Source of the DNA: Octopus vulgaris
Lineage: Eukaryota
NCBI GenBank assembly: GCA_951406725.2
Contig: OX597823.1
Span: 91,760,001 to 91,824,000, forward strand
DNA: 64,000 bases
Direction of reading: 5' to 3'
The notes beneath the pieces were generated by a model, which made no database searches, had not been told where the DNA came from, and was given only the letters and a program-made list of their open reading frames with translations. Shown here in pieces: positions 13,723 to 27,557 of this stretch. Every line of letters begins with the position of its first letter. Positions within the stretch are counted from its first letter, which is position 1. The position numbers and the translations under genes were made by a program.

Positions 13723-14281
13723 AGTCTCGAGGAGAGGGTGAGTCAGTTACATTGACCTCCAGTGTATAACTGGTACTTATTTTATCGAACACCGAAAGTT
13801 TGAAAAGCAAAGTCGACCTCGGCGGAATTTCGGCTCAGAACATAAAGTCCGAACGAAATGCCGCTAAGCATTTCGCCCGACACGCTAACGATTCTGCCAC
13901 CACTCCGCCTTATAAAATGATGATGATGATGATGATGATGATGATGTTCCTTAGTGGCTGACGATATGTGCATCTCTTTCCAGAAGCTGTGATACTCGCC
14001 CACTACCCCTAGCTTCTGAAAAGAGATGCATATATCATCAGCCACTAAGGAACATCATCATCATCATCATCATCATCATCATTTTATAAGGCGGTGTGGT
14101 GGCAGAATTGTTAGCGTGTCGGACGAAATGCTTAGCGGCATTTCGTTCGGCCTTTATGTTCTGAGCCGAAATTCCGCCGAGGTCAACTTTGCTTTTCAAA
14201 CTTTCGGAGTTCGATAAAAAAAAAGTACCAGTTGTACACTGGAGGTCAATGTAACCGACTCACCCCCTCCTCAAGACTTAC
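13721..14281. repeat. ~270-bp-arm inverted duplication (SINE B + (CAT)n + family D piece), ~22-nt spacer
   Basis: Arms ~13721-13988 and ~14011-14281 are near-identical reverse complements sharing private SINE mutations. Confidence 0.9.
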
Positions 14282-14563
14282 TAATCTCGTGCTAAAACGT
14301 GAAACCATTATCATTATTGCTGTTGTAGTTCTCACTACGAACATCTGGAATAGTATTAGTAGTTATAGTATCTGAAGTAGTAGTAGTAGCAGCAGCAGTA
14401 TTATTATTAGTAGTAGTTGTAGTAGTATTAGTTAAGAAAACATTTCATATCTGTATCCCATCATCATGATCCTGATCATCATCGTCATCATCGGTAGTAG
14501 TAGTAGTAGCAGTAGTAGAAGTAGCAGTAGTAATAGTAGCAGTAGTAGAAGTAGCAGTAGGAA

Positions 14564-14629
<66 letters not shown>

Positions 14630-14687
14630 GGATGGTAGCAGCAGCCGTAATTAGAGTAGCAGCTACAGTAGCAACAGCAGCAGCAGT

Positions 14688-14743
<56 letters not shown>

Positions 14744-14820
14744 AAAGTAGTAGTAGTAGTAGTAGTAGTAGTTGTTACGAAGATGTTTTATTGTTAAAGT
14801 CGCCACTGCTTTCGTTATTA

Positions 14821-14891
<71 letters not shown>

Positions 14892-14900
14892 ATTATTATT

Positions 14901-15452
14901 GAGTGAGAGAGCAGTGAATACCATCAAAGTGACACTAGGGTAAAATATACGAAGCTCATTATACCCATCATGACTACCCGTCTGATAAGGGTACACCAGG
15001 CACATGCATCACAACTATATGTGTGCGACATAGTGATCTCATATCAAGATAAATAGCACATGACTTTGCAGGTGGGGCCCAGTTAGAGTTTTCTTCTGGT
15101 CCATAAACCCATCCCGCTCAAAAGGTCTCTGAATAAAGGTCGTTTAAGGATGTTCAACGAAACACCCATTTTTCCTGAGGTGAATTATTCAAACCCCAAA
15201 GAATCCCTCTCAACACATGGCTATCATGGTGCCCCATAATTTCTGCCCGTGATCAGAGATGCACATATCGTCAGCCGCTAAGAGACACACTCAACTGGTA
15301 AGGTCAAACAACTGATAAGCAAATCTGTGGTATTGAGCAGAATGTTTGCTGTAGTCCATCTTTTATACCAAGACAAAACAATGTACATGATAACACTTCC
15401 AATCAGTTAAGGTCAGAAGCCATGAGTGCCACTGCCTGGAACTGCATCAGGG
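14901..15452 (-). mobile_element. Family D: ~555-bp non-coding dispersed element ending in (TAA)n
   Basis: Collinear over its full length with 29417-29972 (+); both flanked by TAA/TGA-type arrays; no ORF or tRNA boxes seen. Confidence 0.8.
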
Positions 15453-15454
15453 CA

Positions 15455-15605
15455 TTTTATCATCATCATCACCGTCGTCGACGTCGTCGTCATCATCATC
15501 AATATTCATCATCATCATCATCATCATCATCATTATTATTATTGTTATTGTTATTATTATCATTATTATTATTATTATTGTTATTATTATTATTATTACT
15601 ATTAA

Positions 15606-15655
<50 letters not shown>

Positions 15656-15888
15656 TATTATAATTATTATTATTATTGTTATTATTATTATTATTATTAT
15701 TATCATTATTATTATTATTATCATCATCATCATTATTATTATTACTATTATTATTATTATTATTGTTATTATTATTATTATTATTACTATTATTATTATT
15801 ATTATTGTTATTATTATTATTATTATTATTATCATTATTATTATTATCATCATCATCATTATTATTATTACTATTATTATTATTATTA

Positions 15889-15965
<77 letters not shown>
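15455..15965. repeat. (TCA)n/(TTA)n array forming the tail/target of the Dong element
   Basis: ~500-bp trinucleotide array abutting the element's 3' end. Confidence 0.92.
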
Positions 15966-15966
<1 letters not shown>

Positions 15967-18958
15967 TATGTTTGACTTTTGCTTTATATTTGTACAAGTT
16001 GGCTCCAAGTCTCACCCAGGGACCTCAAGAGACAACAGGGTTGGAAGTTCATGTTGTTGTTATGCCTAGTGTGCCATATATTTGGGGGAGGGGGTGTTGT
16101 ACTAATGAATGTCTAAAAATTTTTTTTTTTTTTTTTAAACCGAAAATTATGTTTGTTTTAAACCTTGAGATTACATAGAGAGTATTTTGCGTAGGATATG
16201 AGCAGTTCCCATGAGCACTATCTTTTGAATTTCTGCCATTTTGGGGTTTCCTGGTATCTGAGTTAGGTAGCTATCAGCCCCTTTTGCTATCATTCCCAGG
16301 GCACCTATGACAACAGGTATTGTTTTAGTCTTCAGGTTCCACATTTTGCTGATTTCTATTTCAAGATCTTTATATTTGCTCAGTTTTTGGTAGGTCTTGA
16401 CAGATACGTTTATATCGATTGGGACAGTCATATCAATGAGGAGGCATGTTCTTTGTTTGAAGTCTTTCAATATGATGTCTGGCCTATTTGCATCTATCTT
16501 TCTGTCAGTTTGAATGGTGAAGTTCCAGAGGAGTGAGATGTGGTCATTTTCAAGCACTGGGGGTGGTTTGTGTTCCCACCAGTTTTTTTATGGGGCAAAT
16601 CCAGGTTTTTACAGATTACCCAGTGAATATATTGTGCAGCTCTATCGTGCCTGTTGAGATACTCTGTAGGCGCTAGAAGATTGCACTTGGAGACCACTTG
16701 GTCAATGGTTTCATTTTGTTGCTTGCATACACGACACGTTGGACTGCTTCTGATCTTTAATATGTTGGCCTTGTAGTTTCTTGTTGGTAGGCATTGATCT
16801 TGAGCTGCTATGATAAACCCCTCTGTTTCAGATTTTAAGCCAGAGGCCATTAGCCATTGATGGGTCAGGGCTTTGTCAACATCTGCATTATTTGCTCTCT
16901 TTGGGTATTTGCCATAGAGAGGTTTTTCTTGCCATTTATCATTCAGAATATCTAAGGCCGCAGATTTAGCACGGGTTTTCACGTGCTTAGCTTTTTCTGT
17001 GCCTGTTTCTTGTATGTCTATCTCTAATTCCGAAATTTGTTGTATTCGGAATTCACTTAGATATACCTTTGCCTGTTTTGTTACTGAGTATGATGCTTTC
17101 TTGTTTTCATGTTTTGAGACAAGTTTTAACATCCAGTCCTCAGAGTTTTTCAGGTAGGTGTCTAGGCCAATCGTAGCAATCTTCATTGTTATTGCCAGTT
17201 GTAAAAGTCCACGGCCTCCCTCTTTTCTTGGCAGATAAAGTCGTTCTGTATCTGCCTTAGGGTGGTGCATTCTATGCATTGTCAACAGTTTTCGTTTTTT
17301 TCTGACAAGATTACATATTTCAGTAATTGACCAGTTAACGATATTGAAACTGTAAGTCACGACTGGTATGGCTAATGCATTGATCGCTTCGATCCTGTTT
17401 CTCGCATTCAGCTCTGTCTTGAGTATTGCTCTTACTCTGCGATAGCATTCTCTCCTGATCCTTTCCTTCATCTCTGAATGCCTTATTCCTTCTCCTTCAA
17501 TTACCCCTAGATACTTGTAGTTCTCTGCTGGGTCTAATTCTTTTATGACATTCTGCTGGTCAAGGTTAACGTTACATGTTTCTGTCATTTTTCCTGTGAT
17601 AAAGGTAGCTTTTGCGCACTTATCGAGGCCAAATTGCATTCTGATGTCATCACTGAATTGTTTGACAATCGCTAGTAAGCCCTTGAGTTGTTGGTCATTT
17701 TTTGCAAAGAGCTTTAAATCATCCATGTAAATGAGAAGATTTATATTTTTATCAAATATTTTATATCCGTACTGCGCGTCATTGAGCAGTTTTGAGAGAG
17801 GTATTAAGGCTAAACAGAAGCGGAGCGGTGATAGTGAGTCACCCTGGAAAATGCCACACGAAATTTTTACATCACCAGCATTTAGCGATTCATTGTCACT
17901 GTTCAAAGTTAATGTGGTTCTCCATGATCTCATACTTACAGTCAAAAAGTTTCGCAGAGCAGGTGCTATCTTATACACTTCTAGGCATTTATTAATCCAG
18001 CTATATTGTAGGCTATCAAAAGCCTTTTTATAGTCTATCCAGGCTATTGATAAGTTTTTGTGTCGCTTGTGACAATCTTCTAAGATCATCTTATTGATGA
18101 GTAGTTGATCTTTACAAACGTAGGATCCACGTTTACATCCTTTCTGTTCATTAGGGAATATGCTGCTGTCTGTCAAAAAACTATAGGTATATTCCGTCAG
18201 GACAGATGTTAGTGTTTTATACATAGTTGTTAAGCAGGTTATGGGTCTATAGTTTTTGGGTTCATTTGTTTCTTCACTTTTTGGATCAGGAATGTTAACC
18301 CATTAACTAGCCAAGGAGGCATCCTACTAGGGTGTTGCAAAACATCATTGTAAAGTTCTGTTAGCAGTTCATGGCTCTCTGGGAAAGCATTCAACCAAAA
18401 GTTAGGGATTTTATCCTTTCCTGGAGACTTCCATTTGCTTGACCTCCTGATAGCAGATCTTATATCTTCTACCTTGACACCCTCCCACTTTTGCTCTTCT
18501 AAGGAGTCCAGTTCTTTAGATATTCTATCAACCCAGGGGGGCTTTTCGCTGTGTGTTTTTCCTTCTGCCCAAATTTTATTCCAAATTCCCTGCACTTCTT
18601 CTTTTGATGGTACAGACTTTACAGTAACTGTTGTTTTTCCTATCTTCCTGTAAAAATTTCTGGGGTTATTTTTGAACATGTTGTTGTCCCTGAAGAATCT
18701 AATACGCTTTTAATACCTCGCTATGCGGGCAGCTTTAGCAGATACCTTTTGCTTGATGGTTTCTATGGTGGCATCAATATCAAGTATAGTTTTCATATTA
18801 TATTTTTTCATTAGTTTTTGGGTTTTTGCAGGTTTGGTAGTCTTATGAACCTTAAGGTTTTTCAAATATTCAATGTCAGATCAAAATAGTTTAATTTGTT
18901 GTTGCAAACGCTCTTGCCAAGAAGGCTTTTTGTGGAAATGTTGCCGTTTTCTAATCTT
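15966..18958 (-). mobile_element. R4/Dong-clade non-LTR retrotransposon, 5'-truncated, inserted in (TAA)n/(GAA)n
   Basis: Single broken ORF with RT then RLE domains; ~200-bp 3' UTR running into (TAA)n; 5' junction in (GAA)n/(TAA)n. Dong elements are known to target TAA repeats. Confidence 0.9.
16171..18955 (-). pseudogene. Reverse transcriptase + zinc knuckle + restriction-like endonuclease polyprotein (frameshifts, stops)
   Basis: KSPGKDKI, EQKGCKRG, WIDYKKAFDS, GIFQGDSLSP, YMDD, YKYLG; CRVC..ETIDQVVSKC (His lost), RHD, RPDI..LIDMTVP, KLSKY; split over ORFs 18239-18679, 16494-18224, 16171-16557 with two stops further upstream. Confidence 0.92.
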
Positions 18959-18959
18959 T

Positions 18960-19320
<361 letters not shown>

Positions 19321-19752
19321 TTCTTTTCATAATGCCAACGTCGGCACCGTTGTGAACTACGTTACTGTTTTTACGTTGACATTACTGTTTATGCTCCACG
19401 GCGTCGCTGTCGCCCTTGTCACTGCTGTCGTCGTCGTCGTCGTCATCGTCGTCATCGCATCAAAAATGTTGTTGTTTCTCGTTTTTGGTTCATAAACACG
19501 CAGTGATTTTCTTTTTGTTATCATCGTTGCTTCTATTGTCCTTGATGTATTTGTTGATGTTGCTGTTGTTGGTGTTGTTGTTGTTACTTTTGATCTTGTA
19601 GCAGTTGCGCTTATTGCTACTCCCATCATCATCATCATCGACGTCGTTGTATTTGTTGATGGTGTTATAGTTATCAATATGATAGTAACATTCATCTTTG
19701 TTATGATATATGCTCGTATATGTGTGTCTGTATATATGTTTGTATATGTATG

Positions 19753-19808
<56 letters not shown>

Positions 19809-19882
19809 TCTCTCTCTCTCTACATATATATATACATACATACATGCATATATATATATATCTATATGTATATATATGTGTG

Positions 19883-19939
<57 letters not shown>

Positions 19940-20114
19940 TTATATATTAACATATATATATATGTATATATATGTATATATATATATATACATATATATA
20001 CATGCATATATATATATATATGTATATATATACAAATACACACTCATACATATTTGTATCTGTATCGTAATCTATTTATCTATTTATCTATATTTTTCTA
20101 TAGATGTGTTTGTG

Positions 20115-20156
<42 letters not shown>

Positions 20157-20841
20157 TGTTTGGTTTTGTCTTTTCTCCATGATTGCTATTTATATCCATA
20201 CCAATGTTGTTGTTGATATTGTTGCTGTCGCGAAAAATGGAAATAGAAATATTTTTGATTATAAGTATATAATCATTTAAAAGTCCATGCGGAGCAAAAA
20301 TGAAACACTACGATAGAAAAAACCCCCCAGAAATAAATTAAAAATGAAACAAGTACAAAATCCAAAATAGAATATCAGAAGAAAAACGGGTTCAAGAAAT
20401 GAATACAAAACATGAATAGCTAAATTGTAATAATAAAATATATTTTCTCAAAAAATAGGGGCAATCATTATTTTCGTTTTAGCATTGAAAACATCCGGTG
20501 ACAATGTTGTCTCGTTTATATATTGTGAAGGCACGTGGCTAAGTTGTTAGGAGTATTGAACTCCCGATCACTGGAACGTGGTTTCAATTCCCGGACCGGG
20601 TGATGCGTTGGGTTCTTGAGCAAAACACTTCATTTCACATTGCCCCAGTCCATTCAGCTCTAAAAGGGTAGCCATGTGACAGGTTGACCTTCTGATGAGG
20701 GGCTCACGCTGGCATTCTCCCTTAACCAGCGGGATGGCGTTATATACGTATGTGTGTGTATATATCTGTCTACCTGTCTGTCTGTGTGTGTGTGTGTGTA
20801 TGTATATGTATATATATATATGTATATATGTATATATATAT

Positions 20842-20899
<58 letters not shown>

Positions 20900-21112
20900 A
20901 TAGGTACACACACAGATGCGTACATTTATGCAACACACACGTGTGTGTTAGCTGAATGCTTACGAAAGCTAACATCAAAGGAAAACGTCGGCTTGCGATT
21001 TCACTTTACATTTTTCAATATATAATGCATGTTTATATACGTGTGCATGTATGCATGCATGCGCTCGAGTGTGTGAGTGTGTGCTTGTGTTGTGAATGTA
21101 CCTTCAAACGTA

Positions 21113-21204
<92 letters not shown>

Positions 21205-22441
21205 TATATGTGTACATATATATATGTATATATATATATGTATATATATGCATGCATGTATGTGTATATATATATATGTATATATATTCATAGATGCATT
21301 CCATCAATGTTTGTTTAGCCATTTGTGAATAAACACTACAGTACCTCCCAATATCAAGCGAACCGTTACTTTATAAAACTATGCATCTGTCTGCGATAGA
21401 TTTTTCGTATATGTTATTGAAGAATGTAATGTTGTGTGGTGCTTAAAGCAGGTAAAATGTTTTGCGCCGTGATTTGGTTTGGGAAACAATATCTAAATTG
21501 CCTCTCAAAACCTTTGCCGTATGGCTTCCTATTTAACGTCCTAATATTGTTGTTTCGCGTTCGATTACACTAATATCCATGTGAGTCTATGTATTGTGTC
21601 TGTGCTGACTACTATGTTCTGGGAGGAATTTGGTGAAAGGATGCACCAATAAATAAATAAATAAATAGATAAATAAATAAATAAAAGCTTCAGCTGTCCC
21701 TCCCGAGCCATAGAGATGCATAAGGCCGGTATCGCTGATTCTGTGATGTATATACTCTTCATACCGCAACGGGACGGCGGTTCGTTATAAGATTCCTAAT
21801 ATTAGCCAACTCAGCGGGCTGGAGCAGCATAAAATATTGTGTATGGCTCAAGAACATAATATATCGCAAGGTTCAAAGAATCGAAACCACAATCGTACGA
21901 ACAGGAGAGCAACACCTTGACCACTAAGCCACGTGCCTCGACAGAAAGGTGTCTAAATGCATTTAAGTACGTATGTATGTATGTACGTATGTATGTATGT
22001 ATGTATGTATGTATGTATGTATGTATGTATGTATGTATGTATGTACGTACGTACGTATGTATGTATGTATGTATGTATGTATGTATGTATGTATGTATGT
22101 ATGTATGTATGTATGTATGTGCGTATGTATACCTATAGACAGAAATACAGTTTTAGCCAAAAGTCACCTGACAGTAAATCAAAACCCATCTGATTCCGAA
22201 ACTAAAATATTATTTCATATATGAGACTTCGCTAATAAAGAGATAAATGTTGAAATAATAACCAAAAAAAAAAAAAAAAAGAAAAGAAAACGGTGATTAT
22301 TAACCCACAGCATTTAATTATTAAACATTCATAATTGGAATGAATAAATAAAATTTAATATTAAGTATTTATGGAAGTTTGATCTACTGTCGGTTGACTT
22401 TTGGCCAAACCAGTATGTACAAATATATGTGTATATGTATG

Positions 22442-22486
<45 letters not shown>

Positions 22487-22702
22487 CTGTGTGTGTGTGT
22501 ATATATACATGTGTGTGTGTGTGCGTGTATGAAATTAAAGAATGAGAAATAAATACGAATTTCGTATACTGAGTTCCAACAGCAGGTTATTAATATCGCT
22601 GCGCCTAAACCAAATCTTAATGCACACGCATAATCGTGAGTGTGTGTGTGTGTGTTTGCTCTCTCTCACACACACATAGACGTACATACATGCATGCATG
22701 CA

Positions 22703-22736
<34 letters not shown>

Positions 22737-23299
22737 ATACATACATACATACATGGATGCGCGCACGCGCACATACACGCACACACACAGAAATTTCAGG
22801 TTATTTCGGATACGTTTAGGTTAGTTAGAATTTGGTAATCATGTTTTCCTAGTTCCACGTTTTCTATTTCGGAAGAAGAAAAAAAAATACAAAAATTGTT
22901 TCTTTTTAAATTACGATTTGTAACAAGATTTAAAGTTTGCAGAATTTTTTCTTTATTCACCCTCTTAAATTGTAATAAGTTAATCCATTAAAATAAACAC
23001 AAGAAAACAAATCATTTGTCTTTTTTTGCTAAAATTTTACGATTTTCATTAACAAATTTGTTTAATTTTTCTAATTAAGTAAGATTAAAAAACAATGAAA
23101 TTAAAATAGATTAGAAGCAAGAAAATATTAAAACAAACATAAAACATCTCTTAATGAAAGAAATCACAACTTGACAAAGTATTTCGAATATAAATTAGGA
23201 TTGAGGCAAAGAAAAAAAAAACTTAATAAATATCTTTAAAAATACTCAAATAATTCGGTTTTATTAACAAATTAATGCATTTCAGATACCAAAATACCA

Positions 23300-23355
<56 letters not shown>

Positions 23356-23584
23356 AACTTGTGTTGCCGCTTTCCAATATAGGTGCAAGTCTTGGTGGGA
23401 AGGGTTAGACGATGACATCGACCGCAGTGCTCAACTGTCGCTTGTTTTTTCGGCTTCGAATGGATGAAAGGAAAAATCGATCTCGTCCTTATTTCAAGAC
23501 ATAAAATTGGAGGCGGGGGAATGCTGCTATTTTGCCTGGCATGCGAACGATTCTAACAGCTTACCGCCGAATGACTGATGATAA

Positions 23585-23628
<44 letters not shown>

Positions 23629-23695
23629 CAACAATAATAATAATAATAATGATAATAATAATAATAATAATGATAATAATAATAATAATATTAAT

Positions 23696-24287
23696 TTGTA
23701 TTACCAGCGAATGTACGCCACTAGCCCAGAAGGAATATAAGAGATGCCACGACAAGGTAGCCAGGCTTGTCCATTGAACACTTTGCCACAAGTATGGACT
23801 CGACAGAGCAACGTGAAGGCATTGTCGAAAATAGAAATGCAAAGATCCTATGGGATTTTATGATTCAGTGTGACCATGAGATTGAGAATAGGAAACCAGA
23901 CATAGTCTTATTTGAGAAAGAAAACAAACTATGCTGGATCATAGATATAGCATGCCCAGCTGACAACAAGGTATGTGATAAGGAAGAAAGAAAAGTCTAG
24001 AGATATGACAGGTTAGCTTGGGAAATTAAGCAGTTATGGTCGATGGAAAAGGTGGCAGTAGTACCAATAATTGTCGCAGCCTTGGGAACAGTGAGCAAAA
24101 TTCTTGACATGTACGTTAAACAAATAGGGGCTGCAATAAGGGTGGAGCACTTGCAGAAAACAACACTACTTGGAACCACTCGAATACTCCGAAAGGTGCT
24201 CGAAAATTAAGAGGTGCTACCTTAGTTTACTGGTAGTGAACAGCTCACAGTGCAGTACATCTCCAGCGTTAGAAGCTGTGCAAAGGC

Positions 24288-24288
<1 letters not shown>
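23696..24288 (+). mobile_element. 3' fragment of a second Dong-type lineage, in a (TAA)n array
   Basis: ITSECTPLAQKEYKRCHDKVA, ILWDFMIQCDHEIENRKPDIV..IDIACP, YDRLAWEIKQLW, LLGTTRILRKVL; (TAA)n on both sides. Confidence 0.88.
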
Positions 24289-24378
<90 letters not shown>

Positions 24379-24399
24379 GTATTGATAATAACTGAAAGC

Positions 24400-25630
24400 A
24401 GAGTAAAATGGAAAATCAAAGGAAGAAGTACAAAAAGGACATGAAGAAGAATTACGCAACCACGTGTACAAACTGAGAAATTGCAGGAAATGAGCGTCAA
24501 TTTATGCATTGCATAGGTCGATTATAGAAAAGCCTAGGTACGCGTAGTCTTTATTTTAACTATAAGGAAACAAAATTATGTTATTTGGAAGAAAGAACGT
24601 AAATGTTAGCATTTAACGGAGAGTTGAGGGCTCGAACTGGTTGAATTGCACAGTTACCTTGGAGCCCAAATCTCTGATAAAGACTCATGTATAAAAAGAT
24701 GAGGACACAACAAGCCATGGCAAGGACGTCCATGGAAAAAACTTAACACCTAGAGCAGAAAACGTGTCCAACCAAAGCTATTGTGAGAACTCATCTGGCT
24801 AATAGGAATTTATGTTTGCCAAGCATGGACTGTGAACAAATTTGAAGAGAGTATAATCAATGCGTTTGAAATGTCGGTTTATAGAAGAATGTTGCGAGTC
24901 TTTTACAACGACCATCATCGGACAAATAAAAGGGTTTTACAACAAGTAGGTAGCAGACGACAACTCTTGAACATTGTGTAAAAGCGAGAGCTGAACTATT
25001 ACGGCAAAGAAGCAGCGATTTGGAAAACATTATCACGGAAGGGAGATCACTATCAAGTAGAGATTTGTAGATCACGAGACTCACGAGACATGCAAAGAAT
25101 TAAAGTAAAAAGTTGGTTGGACAAAAGTGGAGAAGCAGGTGCAGGACTCGCGCTTAGTCGGGAAGATCTTTCGTTGTAGAGTCATCAATGCGCAGCAGGC
25201 GTACGGTGCAAGGCGACGACAACGACGACAAGACCTAGTTCCACACTTTTGAATCGAATGTTGCTTCGAAATCTTCAAGATCTCCGAGAAACGGTTAGGT
25301 ACCTTTTAGAAAACGAAATGCCTCATTGTTGAATAGAATAAACACCAGGAGGACAAAGATTAATAGAGATACGGATCAGAAGAGGAATCTTTCAAGAAGA
25401 CTGCTTCTCTCCCATCGCGTTTGTAATCTTACTGATCGTTTTGTTGACTGTACAGAACTAAGGAAGAGTTCAGAATTGCGTCAGAATTGAGGAAAAGTAA
25501 ATGATCTTTAATTTCTGGAAGATATAAAGCAGTAAAGACAAACCACCTCGACTCTTTAGTGCAAACTGAAAGGATATTTAGTAACAACTTTGAGATTAAA
25601 CCTGGAATCGAAGATTGTGGTATAGTCTCT
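24400..25630 (+). mobile_element. Old decayed Dong-type RT fragment, split by an RTE insertion
   Basis: NLCIA*VDYRKA at ~24499-24534 resumes as DLVPHF*IECCFEIFKI at ~25232, then IRRGIFQEDCFSPIAF (~25372) and LDSLVQTERIFSNN (~25547). Confidence 0.7.
24545..25234 (+). mobile_element. RTE-clade LINE 3' fragment
   Basis: SYLGAQIS, CQAWTVNK..INAFEMSVYRRMLRV..RTNKRVLQQVG..LLNIV*KRELNYYG, LENIITEGR are typical of the RTE C-terminus; ends in a (GAC)n-like tail. Confidence 0.75.
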
Positions 25631-25634
25631 AACT

Positions 25635-26046
25635 CTTCTTTTTTCTGTTTCATTCATTAGACTGCAGTCATACTGGGACGCCACCTGGAAGACTTTTAGT
25701 CGAAAGAATCGACCCTAGAACATTTTTAAAGCCTAATACTTATTCTATCGGAGTCTTTTTTGCCGAACCACTAAGTTACAGGGACGTAAATACGCCCAAA
25801 CCGGTGGTGTCATGGTGAGGGACAAACACAAACACAAAGGCACACACATACACACGCGCGCGCGCGTTGGCACACATATATACGACAGGTTTCTTTCAGT
25901 TCCTGTCTAGCAAATCCACTCACAAGGCTTTGGTCGATCTGAGGCTATAGAAGGAGTCATTTGCCCAAGGTGCCACGCAATGGGAGTGAACCCAGAACCA
26001 TATGGAGGCGAAGCAAAATTCTTGCCATACAGCCACGCTTGCACCT
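25635..26046 (-). mobile_element. SINE family A, full-length copy
   Basis: Reverse complement of the 1649-2053 family. Confidence 0.8.
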
Positions 26047-26287
26047 ATAGTTGAGATGAAGCTGGTAAAGACCATAAAAACAACGATGAGAATATAAGAT
26101 CAATGAATACAGAAGAAACAAATTACAAAGGCCTTGGTCACCCCGGGGCGATAATAGGTGACAGTTGCCCAAAGTCTCGCCCATGAGACAGAGGCCGAAA
26201 TCACCGGGATGCAAAACGATATCCTTAACCACAACACCGCCATGTATTTTTTTGTTGTTGATAATGTCGCCGTATTTAATGTGGTGA

Positions 26288-26689
26288 GGGCGGCGAGCTG
26301 GCAGAAACGTTAGCACGCCGGGCGAAATGCTTAGCAGTAATTCGTCTGCCGCTACGTTCTGAGTTCAAATTCCGCCGAGGTCTACTTTGCCTTTCATCCT
26401 TTCGGGGCCGATTAAATAAGTACCACTTACGCACTGGGGTCGACATAATCGACTTAATCCGTTGTCTGTCCTTGTTTGTCCTCTCTGTGTTTAGCCGTTT
26501 GTGGGTAATAGAGAAATAGGTATTTCATCTGCCGCTACGTCCTGAGTTCAAATTCCTCTGAGGTCGACTTTGCCCTTCATCGTTTTAGGGTCGCTGAAAT
26601 AAGTACCAGTTGCTCACTGGGGTCGATGTAATCACTTAACCTCCTTTCCACCAAAATTTTCAAGTCCTTGTGCCTAGAGTAGAAATAGT
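26288..26689 (+). mobile_element. SINE family B dimer
   Basis: Junction gagaaatag|gtatttc; flanking duplication tatttaatgt at 26273-26282 and 26690-26699. Confidence 0.82.
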
Positions 26690-27293
26690 TATTTAATGTT
26701 ATGGGCCGACATTATCGCGTTCTGAGTTCAAATTCTGCTGAGGTTGACTTTGCCTTTCGAGATCGACAAAGCAAGTACCGATTGAGCCTTGGGTTTGTGT
26801 AACTGACTTGCCTCGTTTCCAAAACTGCTGGTCTTCAGCCAAAATTAGAAACCGAAACCAATAATACTCGGTTATTCACGTCAATTAAATTGTTCGAAAG
26901 AAAGTTGTATTCTGTCAGCAACTCATTATTTTCTTGGAGTTCTCAAGTAACTGTCTTTTGCTAAGAGACTAATTTTTTTCCCTATCTACTCTCTGAGAAA
27001 AAGAAAATGTATTTGTTTGTTTCTTTTTTGTTTGTTTCTGTGGGGAGATATGTATAGTGTAACCATTTTGGTTAGTCTGCGAGTAGAAGAACATTTTTCT
27101 TCATAAATTGTAATCTTTCTCCCCAAATGGGCGAGACTAACACAAGCAATTAAAATTCTATCTCTCAACGTAACAAGTTCCACTTTTAAAAATAATTTCC
27201 TTCGTTCATTCACTTGATAAATATCTATGATAGCGACCGAGCGAAATATAACACCTCTAAACGTCTCAAACGCTCAGCTTACTATTCCTACCA

Positions 27294-27328
<35 letters not shown>

Positions 27329-27557
27329 GATGTAATAATGGCTTCAAATATTGGCACAAGGCCAGAAATTTCGGGGGCAGAGCTATGTCGATTAAATCGA
27401 CCTCGGTGCTTAACTAAAGACTAATTTTATCGACCTCGAAAGGATGAAAGACAAACTCGAACCCGGAGGTATTTGAGCTCAGAACGTAAAGTGGTAAGCA
27501 TTTTCTCCGGCGTGCTAACGACTCTGCCAGCTCGCCATCTTAAAAAGATAACTATGC

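Noticed and set aside
16494-18224. Intact or active RT gene, retron or group II intron
   Set aside because: RLE domain and (TAA)n tail identify a non-LTR element; frameshifts, stops, 5' truncation and a lost knuckle His make this copy dead.
17545-18653. Plus-strand ORFs overlapping the Dong RT
   Set aside because: Antisense shadows of the RT frame.
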